Source: Octopus bimaculoides
Taxonomy: Eukaryota
Direction: 5' to 3'
Assembly: GCF_001194135.2 (NCBI RefSeq)
Contig: NC_068992.1
Span: 52,527,855 to 52,591,854 of the forward strand
Length of the DNA: 64,000 nucleotides
The notes beneath the pieces were generated by a model. That model saw nothing but the letters and a program-made list of their open reading frames with translations. It was not told where the DNA came from and did not search any database. Of the stretch, positions 12,716 to 25,130 are shown piece after piece (the first letter of the stretch is position 1; each line of letters opens with the position of its first letter). A program made the position numbers and the translations under genes.

Positions 12716-12824
12716 GCTAAATTCCTGTTCGAAATGTATAGTTTTCAAAGTTACAACTAGTCTCTGATTTATAAATTAGGAAATTACTATTTTGAAAACT
12801 ATATATTTCGAATGGGAATTTAGC
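12716..12824. repeat. Inverted repeat with 34-bp arms (small MITE-like)
   Basis: GCTAAATTCCTGTTCGAAATGTATAGTTTTCAAA / TTTGAAAACTATATATTTCGAATGGGAATTTAGC. Confidence 0.75.
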
Positions 12825-12914
12825 ATCTGGTAATTGGATGCCTTCATTGTTGACTACCTGTCCCTTTCTCATGACTAACATTGCACCATTTATCTATGTA
12901 AATTACTATTAGTT

Positions 12915-13490
12915 TTTTTTTTTTATTATTATTGAGTGAAAGAGCAGTACATGCCATTAAGGTGACACTGGGATAGAATATACAAAGTTCAATATACCCA
13001 TCGTGGCTACCCGGTCGATAAGGGTACATCAGGCACATGCATCACAGCCATATGTGTGTGATATGGTGATCTCATATCAAGATATAAAGTGCATGACCTT
13101 TCAGGTGGGGACTTGTTAGAATTTTCTTCAGATCAAGTTGCTCATCTCGCTCAAAAGGTCCCTGAATAAGGGTTGTTTAAGGATGTTAAACAAAACAGCC
13201 ATGTGTCCAGAGGTGAATTATTCAAACCCCCCAAAATTCCTCTCAACATATGGCTATGTTGCTCCCCATCTACTTCTGCTCATGATCAGAGATGCACATA
13301 TCGTCAGCCACCAAGGGACATGCTCAACTGGTTAAGGTCAAACAACTGAGAAACAAATCTGTGGTATTGAACAGAATATTTGCTGTAGACCATCTTTCAT
13401 CCCAAAACAAAACAATGTAAATGATAACACTTCCAATCCATTAAGATGAGAAACCTTGAGGGTCAGTGCCTGCTAATGCATCAGGGCATT
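12915..13490 (-). mobile_element. Unclassified retroposon-like segment bounded by TAA/TTA tracts
   Basis: Minus strand ends ...CACTCAATAATAATAAAAAAA; (TAA)n on the other side; no ORF. Confidence 0.35.
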
Positions 13491-13541
<51 letters not shown>

Positions 13542-13894
13542 TATTATTATTATTATTATTTGTATTATTATTATGAGTAGCAGCAGCGGTGGTGGTGGTG
13601 TTGGTATTTTGTTTTCCCTCTCAAAAACTGTTGTTAGTGTCTAGGAAAACTGTTCATTCATTGAACCAATCATCCAAGCATGTGATTTTATTAAAGTGAT
13701 TTCCAAAAATTACTTAAATGGTTTACCTTCAATAACTTTTAGTAATTGCATCCCCCACCTCCACGCACTGACACACACCACACACACACAGGCACACACT
13801 GACACAAACAATCACACACACACACACACACATGGAAGCACACAGAGAGACTCAGAAAAAGACACACATATGTATATACATACCATCTGACTTG

Positions 13895-14070
13895 CACACA
13901 CACATACATACACACCTGCATACATGCATACATATGTGCATACATACATATGTACATACATGCATACATGCATACATACGTACATACATACATATGTACA
14001 TACATACATACATGCATACATACGTACATACATGCATACATACATACCTTCATACATACGTATATACGCA
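13895..14070. repeat. (CATA)n degenerate microsatellite
   Basis: Direct reading. Confidence 0.9.
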
Positions 14071-14424
14071 TTCATAGTTTGAGACACAGTTACATGCATA
14101 CTCATGCATACACATACTGAATTATACTCTTACATGGTTATACATCTACATGCAGTAATACATACAACTAAAAACATTCCCGCCACACACAAACACAAAT
14201 GCATATAAGCCATACATTAACACACACACACACACACACATTCACATACATACATGAAGTGTTAAAAATACATATAAATATATCTTTAATAAATATAATA
14301 AAATGCTATTGAAGAAACCAAAATTCCCACAGGAGTTTAACCGAGTGAAGTAGACTTGAAAAGTACTTTTAAGCTTTTACAACTAGAAATCATCAACATA
14401 TCTTTTATCCATTACCTGTCTCAT

Positions 14425-14690
14425 TCATTAGACTGTGGCCATGCTGGGGCACCGCCTTGAAGTACTTTTAGTCAAGCTAATCGAAACCTGATTTCATTTC
14501 TTTAAAGCCTGGTACTTATTTTATTGATCTCTTATGCTGAACTGCTAGGTTACGGTGATGGGAGCACACAACGTAGTGGAGGGGGACAAACACAGACACA
14601 AAGACACAAACAAACACATATTTTGGGCTTCTTATAGTTTCCTTCTCCCAAATCCACTCACAAGGATTTAGGTGGCCCAAAGTAAGCCAC
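14425..14690 (-). mobile_element. Family A SINE, partial and diverged
   Basis: GACTGTGGCCATGCTGGGGCACCGCC...GGGGGACAAACACAGACAC...CCAAATCCACTCACAAGG. Confidence 0.7.
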
Positions 14691-16625
14691 CACACTGCAA
14701 TTGTGTTTGTTTCAGTACACAATCTCAGATCAAGTCACTTGCTATGCAAGTACATCTCTGAAATTTTAGGTAAATTTAGCCAATTGACAGCCACAGGTAC
14801 ATTAGTGTGTGTTTCCATAGTAACAAGCCTAGTTGTCTACTGAAAACTACCAGAATCACTTCATGTAGTTTCTTTATCTATCTTCTTTGACAAATGCCTA
14901 TTTTCTGAACTTCTGTTTTTGAATCTTTGCTACAAACATGAACTAATTATTTATATTGTTACAATATAATGTACAGGTTGTGTTTTTACAATTTAACATA
15001 CATTTTGTTTTTTTTTGTGTAATTTGTTGCAAAAATAAATTTTATTGAGGATTTTTCCATGCTTATATTATTTGTTCCAATCAGTCAAATCGTCCAACCC
15101 ATGCTAGCATGGAAAGCGGACGTTAAACGATGATGATGATGTATTACATGATTTTATTCATTAAAACTTATTAAAACTTGCAAATTTCTTACAACTTTCA
15201 TTGCTGTAATATATTGCTTTCATTTTGTTTAATAAAAGTTTCTCATAATATTGTGATAGACAGCTATCATGTTGAAAATGCTAGCTTCCAAATTCTGGTT
15301 TCTGACTCAGTAAAAATGATCAAATTTTAAACTTCTATAACATTTTTTCTAAAGTTTTTTTTAGCTTGTAACAATTGAATGACAAAATCAGATTCAGCAT
15401 TAAAAAATTACATCAATATTCCAAATTTGAAAATTTTAACTTAATTCTAAAATTTCAAAAACTGTGACAGCAATATAAAAGATTGCTTGCTCTTTTCATT
15501 CCCCCATTGTGGCCTTTCTACTATCATTGCTTCCTTTCTCTCTCTCTCCTTCTCAATCTCTATCTCTTTCTCTTTCTCCATTTAGTGGAGAAAGTACAGT
15601 GTTGAAGTTTCTTTTGTTCTGTCTCACTGAGGGCTTACCAAACCCTTTAATGCTATTGACAGAGGAAAACAAACCCAGCATTATCTGTAAAATAGCTGGC
15701 AATAGAAAGGGCATCCGGCCACTATAATTAAACTCTTATGAGCACCAGTTTATGTGAGCAGTTGCTCCCAATGAAAGATATTATTCAAATGTGATCAAAC
15801 ATGATAGCATGAGCACCTTTGATCATAGGTGTCTCATTGATCCCATTGACATGGGGTTATAAACAACAACCTACCGTGATGATCTGTCAAACCAGGAACC
15901 TTTAAATAGCTGCCCAACTTGCAAGATATATCAGGTAAATATCAACTAAATCACACTTGTATATTAGGAAGAGAAAGAGGACATAGATTATGCAGTTCTC
16001 TTGAATAACTTTGAAAAAAAGAAAAACAGGATCGTCCAGGCTGGAGTGTCAATGATCGTATAACTGCTTGATTAAAATTGGTCTGTTTCTATTACAAGCA
16101 AACATCTTGTCATAATGACAATGTATGGCTGGAGATAGCATTCAGATATTTCTAAAATTATATCCTTTCATCTTAAAAGCAGCTAGAGACTGATATAGTC
16201 TTTGACAACTTTAAAAGATTGCCGTGGATAGAGCACTTTTGATCCTGGTTCCATTCAATCAGGACCTACATAAAGCCACCAACAAAAACAAGAACAGCAA
16301 AATCAACAGAAATAACAACAGCCTATATTAATAATCTGAAGCTACACTAGCTTTGAAAACTGATGTTTGCTCATTGATCAAGTGAAATGCTAAAAATAAA
16401 CACTTTTTATCATGAAGCGATACGAATGTACAATTCTTTACTTACATTTCATTTCATGCATTAGGTTACATTCAGAAAGGACTTGCCACAGGTGATTATG
16501 TAAATTAATGTCATTTGTTTCATGGACAAGCCAACAGCAACTATTTCTTTGTGAGTGAAATTGCATAGACAGATGCCTTCAGAAAGCCCATTGGATAGAT
16601 AGTTCTTGTAATTTAAAGGCAGTGA

Positions 16626-16659
<34 letters not shown>

Positions 16660-16661
<2 letters not shown>

Positions 16662-16830
16662 CATCGAGAAATACCTTAGGAATGAGAACCCAGGTTCGAA
16701 ATTTCCCCAAAACACCTGATGAAGGTTGGAGGGTATGTCAGCTGAAACGTGTTAACAACAAGCAAGATGAGGAGAAATATCCATATAATGTAAATAATGT
16801 ACATAATTCCTCATCTCTTAAATATAGAAC
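16660..16830 (+). mobile_element. Penelope-like terminus with a degenerate hammerhead core, next to (TAA)n
   Basis: AACAC-CTGATGA-AGGTTG..CAGCT-GAAAC-GTGTT at 16711-16753. Confidence 0.55.
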
Positions 16831-18305
16831 TCGACAAAATAGTTAGCAACATTCTATGTAGGTCCACACGTTCTGAGTTCAATCTGTATCAAGGTTCATT
16901 TTGCCTTTTTCATTTCAGTATCAGTAAAATGAGTAACGGTTTAGAGCTGGAGTTGGTGTAAACAGCTTCTCCTCCTTACAACATAACTGGCTTTAGTGCC
17001 AAAATTAGAAAGAATCATTATCATCAGCATCATCATCAGCATAATCATGTTTCCCATCTTAGAGAAACATTTATAGAATTTCTACTTTGATATATCTTCT
17101 CAGAAAATTTTACATATTTGAAGTAGTCAAAAATTTTGTTCTAAATATAAATATTGTTTTATATTCTTTAAAAACCGAGGATAAAAAGCAGACTGCAAAT
17201 ATATTTAGTAATTTATCAAGAATATACAAGACAATAACATATGTTACTAAAACAGCTGAAGTTGTTTACTGTTTTAAAAATTATTGAGAGAATTTTCACT
17301 CAAGATACATACATCATATCAACAAACATAATCAGAACACCATACGATAAGAAAATGGAAAAGATTAAATCGCATTTTCAGCTGAAGCTAAGCTAAATAA
17401 AATTGCAAAAATTTAACAAAACAAATCTGAAATACTATAAAATTTACCAAGAGCTGTGATCTACACAAAACTCAAGACTACAAACAGAAGCAACATAAGC
17501 TTTAGGTCAATGGATTAAATACAATTTTAAAACTTCTCAAGGTACTTAAAGATGAAAAAAGAAATTATATAAAATGAAATATAAAAATGCATGGTTTCTA
17601 TCCTTGAAATTATAAAAGAAACATTACAATTTTAGCATTTTCTTTTACAATTCTGTCTGCTAAAAGTTAAAAAAAGTAAAAATTCTTCAAAGAAGAATTC
17701 TTGCTTTTAAACTTTTAACAACACTTATTGTGTTTTATTGAAAAAGTATTTTTGCTTGTTTGAGATTTTGTTGAAATAAATTGGAAATTTGTTTATTTAA
17801 ATATTTATTTATTTGTTCAGATAACTCTGTTATTTGATTTTCTTATTTTCTTTCAAGAAATATTATTTCAACTGAACATGGAAAGACTTTGGATTTGGAG
17901 ATTAATCACCACCAGTATTCCTCCTACCAATACCTTCATTCACAGCATTAACTTTATCAAGAAGGGAGTTTCTAAATATTAAAAAATATATTCTGTATGA
18001 GGGTAATTATGGTTTCCTTTATACTGCTGTAAGAAACTCATTATGAAAGTTGTGAATGTCATTGCATAAGGATTTAATATTGATCAGATTGTCATACACC
18101 ATCTTCCAATAATCAGACAAGAGCTCAGATCCAATGGTGACATAAACAAATTATTAAGAAGATTTGACATGGCTTGTTTTACCCACAGCTTCTCAACAGT
18201 TTATAAAGAGGATATCAACATTTATTTATTTCTACAAATATTATGGACATCTAGATGGATTTCCGTTTCCTGTTCCACATTTTTAGGAAAAAAAATTAAA
18301 TTTTA

Positions 18306-18700
18306 GGTGCAGGAATAGCTGTGTGGTAAGAAGTTTGCTTCCCAACCACATGATTCCAGGTTCTGTCCTACTGAATGGTACCTTGGGCAAGTGTCTTCTA
18401 CTATAGCCTCGGGCTGACCAAAGCCTTGTGAGTGGATTTGGTAGACAGAAACTGAAAGAAGCCTGTCGTATATATAAATGTATATATTGTGTGTGTGTCT
18501 GTGTTTGTCCCCCACCATCATTTGACAACTGATGTTGGTGTATTTACATCCCTGTAACTTAGCCGTTCAGCAAAACAGACCATTATAATAAGGACTAGGC
18601 TTACAAAGAATAAGTCCTGGGGTCGAGTTCTTTGACTAAAGGCTGTGCTCCAGCATGACTGCAGTCAAATGACCAAAACAAGCAAAAAGAATAGAAAATT
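18306..18700 (+). mobile_element. Family A tRNA-derived SINE, full length
   Basis: Collinear with 46057-46512 and 48077-48610; internal (TA)n(TG)n. Confidence 0.9.
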
Positions 18701-18834
18701 AAATAATGTAAAAAAAACTCTTGCTGCTTATCTTCCAAGCCTTGCTTTCAGCTTGGATGATACAGCAAGTACTAACTTGTACATATGTACATATCCACAT
18801 ATACAAACACTTACACACATAACAGGTAGTCACA

Positions 18835-19293
18835 AAGAAAAACATATCCTTATTCCAAAATTTCCTCCCATACCTACAGATGTTTCATTTGAATTTAAGA
18901 GGCTTCAGTTTCCAGTCAAACTAAGTTTTGGTATTTCAATTTCAATTAACAAATCTCAGGGCCAATTCCTCAAGGTAGTTGGACCTCATCTCTCTGCTAC
19001 ATGTTTCTCCCTCAGCCAACACTATGTTGGTCGCTCATGAGTTGGAAGCAGCTACAATTTATTCATTTGAACACCAACAAAAAATTTAAACAGTGAATAT
19101 TGTTTACCCTGAGGTGCTTCAAGATCGACAGCTTTTCAGTTCTAAATTCTATTATCATTTCAATTTGAATATTTTTTAATAAAATATTGATATTTTGAAA
19201 TAACTATAAGAAAAAAATACATCTTCATATTTATTGTTTACTAATCTGAATAAGAATAGCAGTAACCAAGGCAACGCCAGGTAATTCAGCTAG
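18835..19293 (+). mobile_element. Helitron 3' end: PIF1-like helicase C-terminus, subterminal hairpin and CTAG terminus
   Basis: ILIPKFPPIPTDVSFEFKRLQFPVKLSFGISISINKSQGQFLKVVG...NIVYPEVL; ACCAAGGCAACGCCAGGT hairpin, then CTAG|T at 19290-19294. Confidence 0.9.
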
Positions 19294-20949
19294 TATACTA
19301 AATAACAATTGTTTTTAACATAAGCCTATGGCCAGCAATCTTGAGAGATGTTATTCAATGTCTATGACTCCATTACTTGATTGGTATTTCATTTTATAGG
19401 CTCAAAATGATAAACAACAAATTTGAATTTGGTGAAATTTGAACTCAGTATGTAAAGAGCAGGTAGAAACAGTGTACGACATTTTTCTGGAACTTTAAGG
19501 ATTCTACCAGCTTGCCACACTAAAAAAAAAGTTTCACATTTAGGCACAAAGCCAGCAATCATAAGTATTAGTCAAGATTATGATGAAATACAGTGGGCCA
19601 AACTACTACAACAAGAAGCTTAATATTGATTTCATATTTTTGGCACAAAGCCAGAAATATTGGAGGAAGTAGTAAGTTGACCACATGGACACCAGTGCTC
19701 CACTGGTGCTTATTTTACTGACCCCAAAAGAATGAAAGGTGAAGTCAACCTCAGTGGAATTTGAACTCAGTAATACACGTGTTTTCTGTTGAGGGCTTAT
19801 ATGCCCCACTGGTCGACTATTTTCTATAGCCAATATGCATTGAATGCTAACATGCTTAAGCTTATAATTATTATTTACAGAATATATATATATACATAGA
19901 ATTGTTTTAAAATCCATGAGTCAGAATAAAAGGAATTCACATATTGCTTAAAAGAGATAGAGTGGGTGTAATATTATTAATAAGATATCATATTCTCATC
20001 TCAACTACTTTATCAATTAATTTTGCACCAGGTTTTAATCAGAAAAGGCTTAAATGAATAGGTTTAAAGGAACAGTATGGCACGGATTGCTTTTATACTT
20101 TTCTGATGATTACTAGGGTTATCTCAACTCCTGGTATGAAACTGATTTCTGAAGTGGCTAATATGAGAATATAATGCATTTTAAATATCAAACACACTCA
20201 CTCACATATACATGTACTAACACATGCACACAAACACACATATATATATGAAATCAACAAGAAAAAACATTAGGGAAATCAATTTGAAATCTATTGTTGT
20301 GTGAATCTGTAACTAAAAGTATAAGATTTATGGTTTACAAAGAATTTATTTAATGCCAAATTTAAAGATTCAGATGATGATAAATAACTAAAATGATTTT
20401 TTAAAGAAATTTTAATATTACTTTGTGGTTTTATTATGTTGGCAATGTTTTAATTTGATATAAATTAAGGTTGGCCAACATAATGAAAATTTTCATATGC
20501 AATCAATCATACACACAGGCAAACACATGGAAATAGAGCTAACCACATATACAGAGAGATATATAGAATTATTTCCACTCATATACAAAAGTGTCTATGG
20601 ATATACTGAATGGTAAAAGGTTATAGCATTATAAGCAACATTAAAAGATGTAGATTTAGAATCAATAATCTATGATGTAAAAAATATCAGTGATTCACTT
20701 GGTGGGTATGGAACTATATGTCGTTAGGTTATATATAAACATATGTACATATATATACAAATGCGTGAGAGTGTATATATATATATATACATATATATAT
20801 ATAAATATAAACACGCATACACATATATATACACATGATACACACATATATATATAGACATATATATATGTATATGTACATATATGTGTGTATGAATATA
20901 TTTACATATATATATATGCATGTATATATATATATATATGTGTGTGTGT

Positions 20950-21117
20950 ACCTACCACACTCTCGGAGTGGTTGGCGTTAGGATGGGCATTCAGCTGTAG
21001 AAACTCTGCCAAATCAGATTGGAGCCTGGTGTAGCCATCTGGTTCACCAGTCTTCAGTCAAATCGTCCAACCCATGCTAGCATGGAAAGCGGACGTTAAA
21101 TGATGATGATGATGATG
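20950..21117 (+). mobile_element. Family C retroposon 3' portion
   Basis: Reverse complement of 5530-5716; (ATG)n tail. Confidence 0.85.
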
Positions 21118-21945
21118 TATGTACTGTCTAAGAATCCATAAGTCAAAAACAATATGCACTCATATAATTGTCAATAGAATGGGTATATTAAACAAAGTGT
21201 ACAGTATTCATATATATTCATTATGGCCGATTTTACCATTCAGTTTTGCATTAGGGGTTCAGTAGGGTTTTAGATAACAACCCACTCGAGGTTACATAAT
21301 TGGGCCTCTAGTGCAAAACTGATTGGGACTAAATTGGCTGTAATGGATGTAGGCAGTGACAGAGTGAATTTTTAAAACTTATATATCTAATGTCCTTGTA
21401 ATCTTTTGTGGCTGTGTGCTTTTACTTCCTTAATTATTGGTTCATGTACTTTATTCATCTCTGCACTTGGTCTGCTTATGAGGTTGTTATGTCCCAGCAT
21501 ATGAGCTGCTTCTTTAAGCTTAGCATAGCTAATACAGAAATTGGTTACAGCAGTGTAGTCAGTCCCTAGAGATCGTGAGTTCAATCACAGGCAAGGCACT
21601 GAGGTGATTCACAAAAAATCAACTGAAGCAAAAAATGTCATGAAACGCAGAGAGCAGAATGAGAATAGTGTGCCCCTGTGGATCAAATAAGGCATTACAT
21701 TCATAATTTTGATACAGCAAATCAATACAAGTTCAATACAAGACTCCTGGAGCATACAACAGCCAAAATGTAGTGAAAGCAACACTCAAGATGAGGACAC
21801 TAGTTTGACTAATATAAACAGTACACATAATACAAATTCCTTATCTCACAAATATAGAATTTTATAGCTGGGAGAGAATCCAATGAATTCTTTATATACG
21901 ACTAATTATGTAAATAAACGTTTATAAGGAAGGAAAATTAAAGAT

Positions 21946-22092
21946 GGGGAGTGGCTGTGTGGTAAGTAGCTTGCTTACAAACCACATGGTTCCGGGTTCA
22001 GCCCCACTGCGTGGCACCTTGGGCAAGTGTCTTCTACTATAGCCTTGGGCCGACCAAAGCCGTGTGGGTGGATTTGGTAGACGGAAACTGAA
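21946..22092 (+). mobile_element. Family A SINE, 5' part, abutting a Penelope-like fragment (22093-22235)
   Basis: GAGTGGCTGTGTGGTAAGTAGC...GGAAACTGAAAG, then the inverted copy of 12500-12630. Confidence 0.85.
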
Positions 22093-22790
22093 AGCTAGAT
22101 TCCCTTGTTCGAAAATATAAGGTCACAAATCATGTTGTATAGCCAGCTGGAGACGATGTCGCCTAGGGCTAAACTACAGCAACATTCGTCCTAAACCAGG
22201 ACTGCCATGTTATGTTGGCAAAAATCTTTACTCCAGAGTACTGTTGCTGAATATCTCAAATTGTGAGATTTAAAAATAATAATTTTTGGATGAAATACTG
22301 CTAAGCATTTCAGCCAATGTGCTAATGATTCTTTTTACTCATCACCTTTTTGGACCCCAGCAGAATTTGTGCCAGTTCCCTGCCTTAGGTAGATATAAAT
22401 ATTGTTAATTGTAACATATATCAGAATTCTATACAATTAACTGAAGAAAATAAGTAAAGGATTTAGTTCAGTAAAAGATGGTTAACTGAAGAACATTGAT
22501 ATTGTTTTTGAGAATCGATGAACTATTTAAAGAGAACCAAGAGAGAAACAAGCACGGCTAATTTGATACGTGATGTGAATAAAGAAATTTTCTTCACAAA
22601 TTTCTCGAAAATCTATTTAGAAAATTAGTGAAGTGTCAACCAATCTTTAAGAAAGAAGAATATTTGTACAGTTACAATTAAGACTTACTCATGTTTTGTA
22701 GAAAACTGTGTCTTGTGGCAGATTAGAAGGATGATAAGCATGATATACATGTGTGTGCATGTGTGTATGTTATATATTATATATATGTGT

Positions 22791-22854
<64 letters not shown>

Positions 22855-23185
22855 AGTGTGTGTGTGTGCATATGTTTTATATTATAATATAGTTGATGTT
22901 GACTACACTTCTATAAATTCAAATTTCTGCCTGAGGAGCAATCAGCAGATGCTATGTCAATAAAGAAATAAATTATGGATACACATATAAATACACACAC
23001 CCAAACAAATACATCCTTTCACTTGGTTCAGACATTTGATTGCTGTCATGCATATATATGTTTCAATACATATGTCTTTATTATTATTTAGCAGAAGCTA
23101 CAGAGTGACTCAAAGTCCTAAAGTTCCATGTGTTGGCACTTACCAAATATCGATAAGTGCCAATGCACAAAACACTTGGAACCAG

Positions 23186-23300
23186 ATAAAATAATAATAA
23201 ATAAATGGTAAATAAAATAATAATAAATAAATGGTAAATAAAATAATAATAAATAAATGGTAAATAAAATAATAATAAATAAAATGCTAAATAATAATAA
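23186..23300. repeat. 26-bp minisatellite, about 4 units (ATGGTAAATAAAATAATAATAAATAA)
   Basis: ATGGTA at 23205, 23231 and 23257. Confidence 0.85.
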
Positions 23301-23571
23301 AAATATACATATACTCATATTTTGAGTTGTATTTTTCATATTTGCATCATATTACCTATATATAGAGATGCAGTATGGAATTTTGTCAGTGATCAGGTCA
23401 TGGTCTCAAAGAGACAAAATTATTTTGGCAAATTAAATTTAAATGTTGAAGTGAATATAATGGCTTTTGTGTGTTTTTAAATGGCTTATAAACACCTTCC
23501 ATGCTGCAATAGTTTTTGTTTCAACACATGATCTCAGATCAGGTCACTTGCTATGCAAGTACATCCCTGTA

Positions 23572-23618
<47 letters not shown>

Positions 23619-23625
23619 TGAAAAT

Positions 23626-24484
23626 AACACTGACATCTCATTTTAACAGATATTTACCAAAATTGTATAAAAATATCTTGTAACACTAAAGAGTAAATTT
23701 ATTTAATAAAATCGCTATTGGCTTCAACTTCTCCTGCAACCCCTGTTTAAGTTGGTGAATGCTGCCATAATCCTTGCCATCAGTTCATCTTTGATGTTTT
23801 GATGTTATAAGGAGTTTTGTTGGTCTCTTGCTCAGCTGCGCTCCACACATAATAATCAAGGGGTTTGCAGGTTGGAGAGTTAAGTGGCCAGGTGTTAGGG
23901 GTGATGTGGTCACAGAAATTGTCTGACAGCCATGACTGGGTTCTCCTGCTTTTGTGGCATGGTGCAGAATCCTGTTGTCAGACACAGGCTCTTCCAGTAG
24001 CAACCATCTNNNNNNNNNNATCCTGTTGTCAGACACAGGCTCTTCCAGTAGCAACCATCTTGACCCAGTACAGCATCACCCACTACAGTCACTTGATGTA
24101 GGCCTCCATGTTGAGTCTGAGGTCATGTGGGAAGATGAATGGAGGTATAACGCCACCATCACTAGTGATCACTTCAAACACCATGATGTTGACTGGATGT
24201 TTGATTTTTCTCTCTCAATATATGTCTTCAGATTACACTGTCCTCAGATCGACACCCAAACATTCTGAAATGTTCATATTGGAGCTTCGGATGCGTATGC
24301 CAAGCAGTACCACATGTTTTTTTCAATATTTCTGACAAAGCCAACTGTGTCATGGTGTTGTTTTTCTCACAGACAGTGCCCAACTCACCCTACTATACTG
24401 TGTAGTCGACAAAATCAAAAACATATAATGCACATGTGCAAAATTAAAAATATAAGATGACGACAATTTACCCATCACACCCTG
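23626..24484 (-). mobile_element. Internally deleted maT (DD37D)-type Tc1/mariner element
   Basis: Terminus TA-CAGGGTGTGATGGGTAAATTG at 24486-24464; C-terminal peptide KHPVNIMVF...QQDSAPCHKSRRTQSWL...WPLNSPTCKPLDYYVWS; short N-terminus joined directly to the catalytic half. Confidence 0.8.
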
Positions 24485-25063
24485 TACATATTTATGTGTT
24501 CAAATGTGTACATGTGTGTGGTTGTGTGTGTGGGTATGTTTTGTGTGGTGTGTGTGTGTGGGTATGTTTTGTGTGGTGTGTGTGTGTTAGTGATTTGTGA
24601 TAAGACACATAAAGCTAGTATGATGTGAATGAATATTGCTTTGGGTTCTCTTGACAAGTATGCGCATTTGTTCAAAATCTGTACATAATATACAAGATCT
24701 ATTTATCTTTTAAATGTACAGAATTCTTTGTATAATATTTTAATTCTAATATAGTCATATTTTCAGAATTCAATGAACACATCAATCATGGAATCTCTAC
24801 GTTTTTTACTGTTACTGTTAAATATTTTGAAGGTTAGAGTGTTCTATGTAAAGATGTTTGCCTCCAAACCACATATGTGGTATCTTAGGTGTCTTGCACT
24901 ATAGCCCCTGGGCCAACCAAGGCCTTGTGAATGGATTGGGTTGACAGAAATTGAAAGAAAGATTGCTGTGTATGCACACGCGCACACACACACACACACA
25001 CACACATTTACACACATATATATATATAGATAGATAGATATAGATATATGCATATATATATAC

Positions 25064-25130
<67 letters not shown>

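Noticed and set aside
20103-20152. TGATGA...CTGA C/D-box-like pair
   Set aside because: About 50 nt is too short, and I recognised no rRNA antisense element
23970-24060. 40-bp direct repeat in the maT element
   Set aside because: The two copies flank a 10-N gap, which is an unmerged contig overlap
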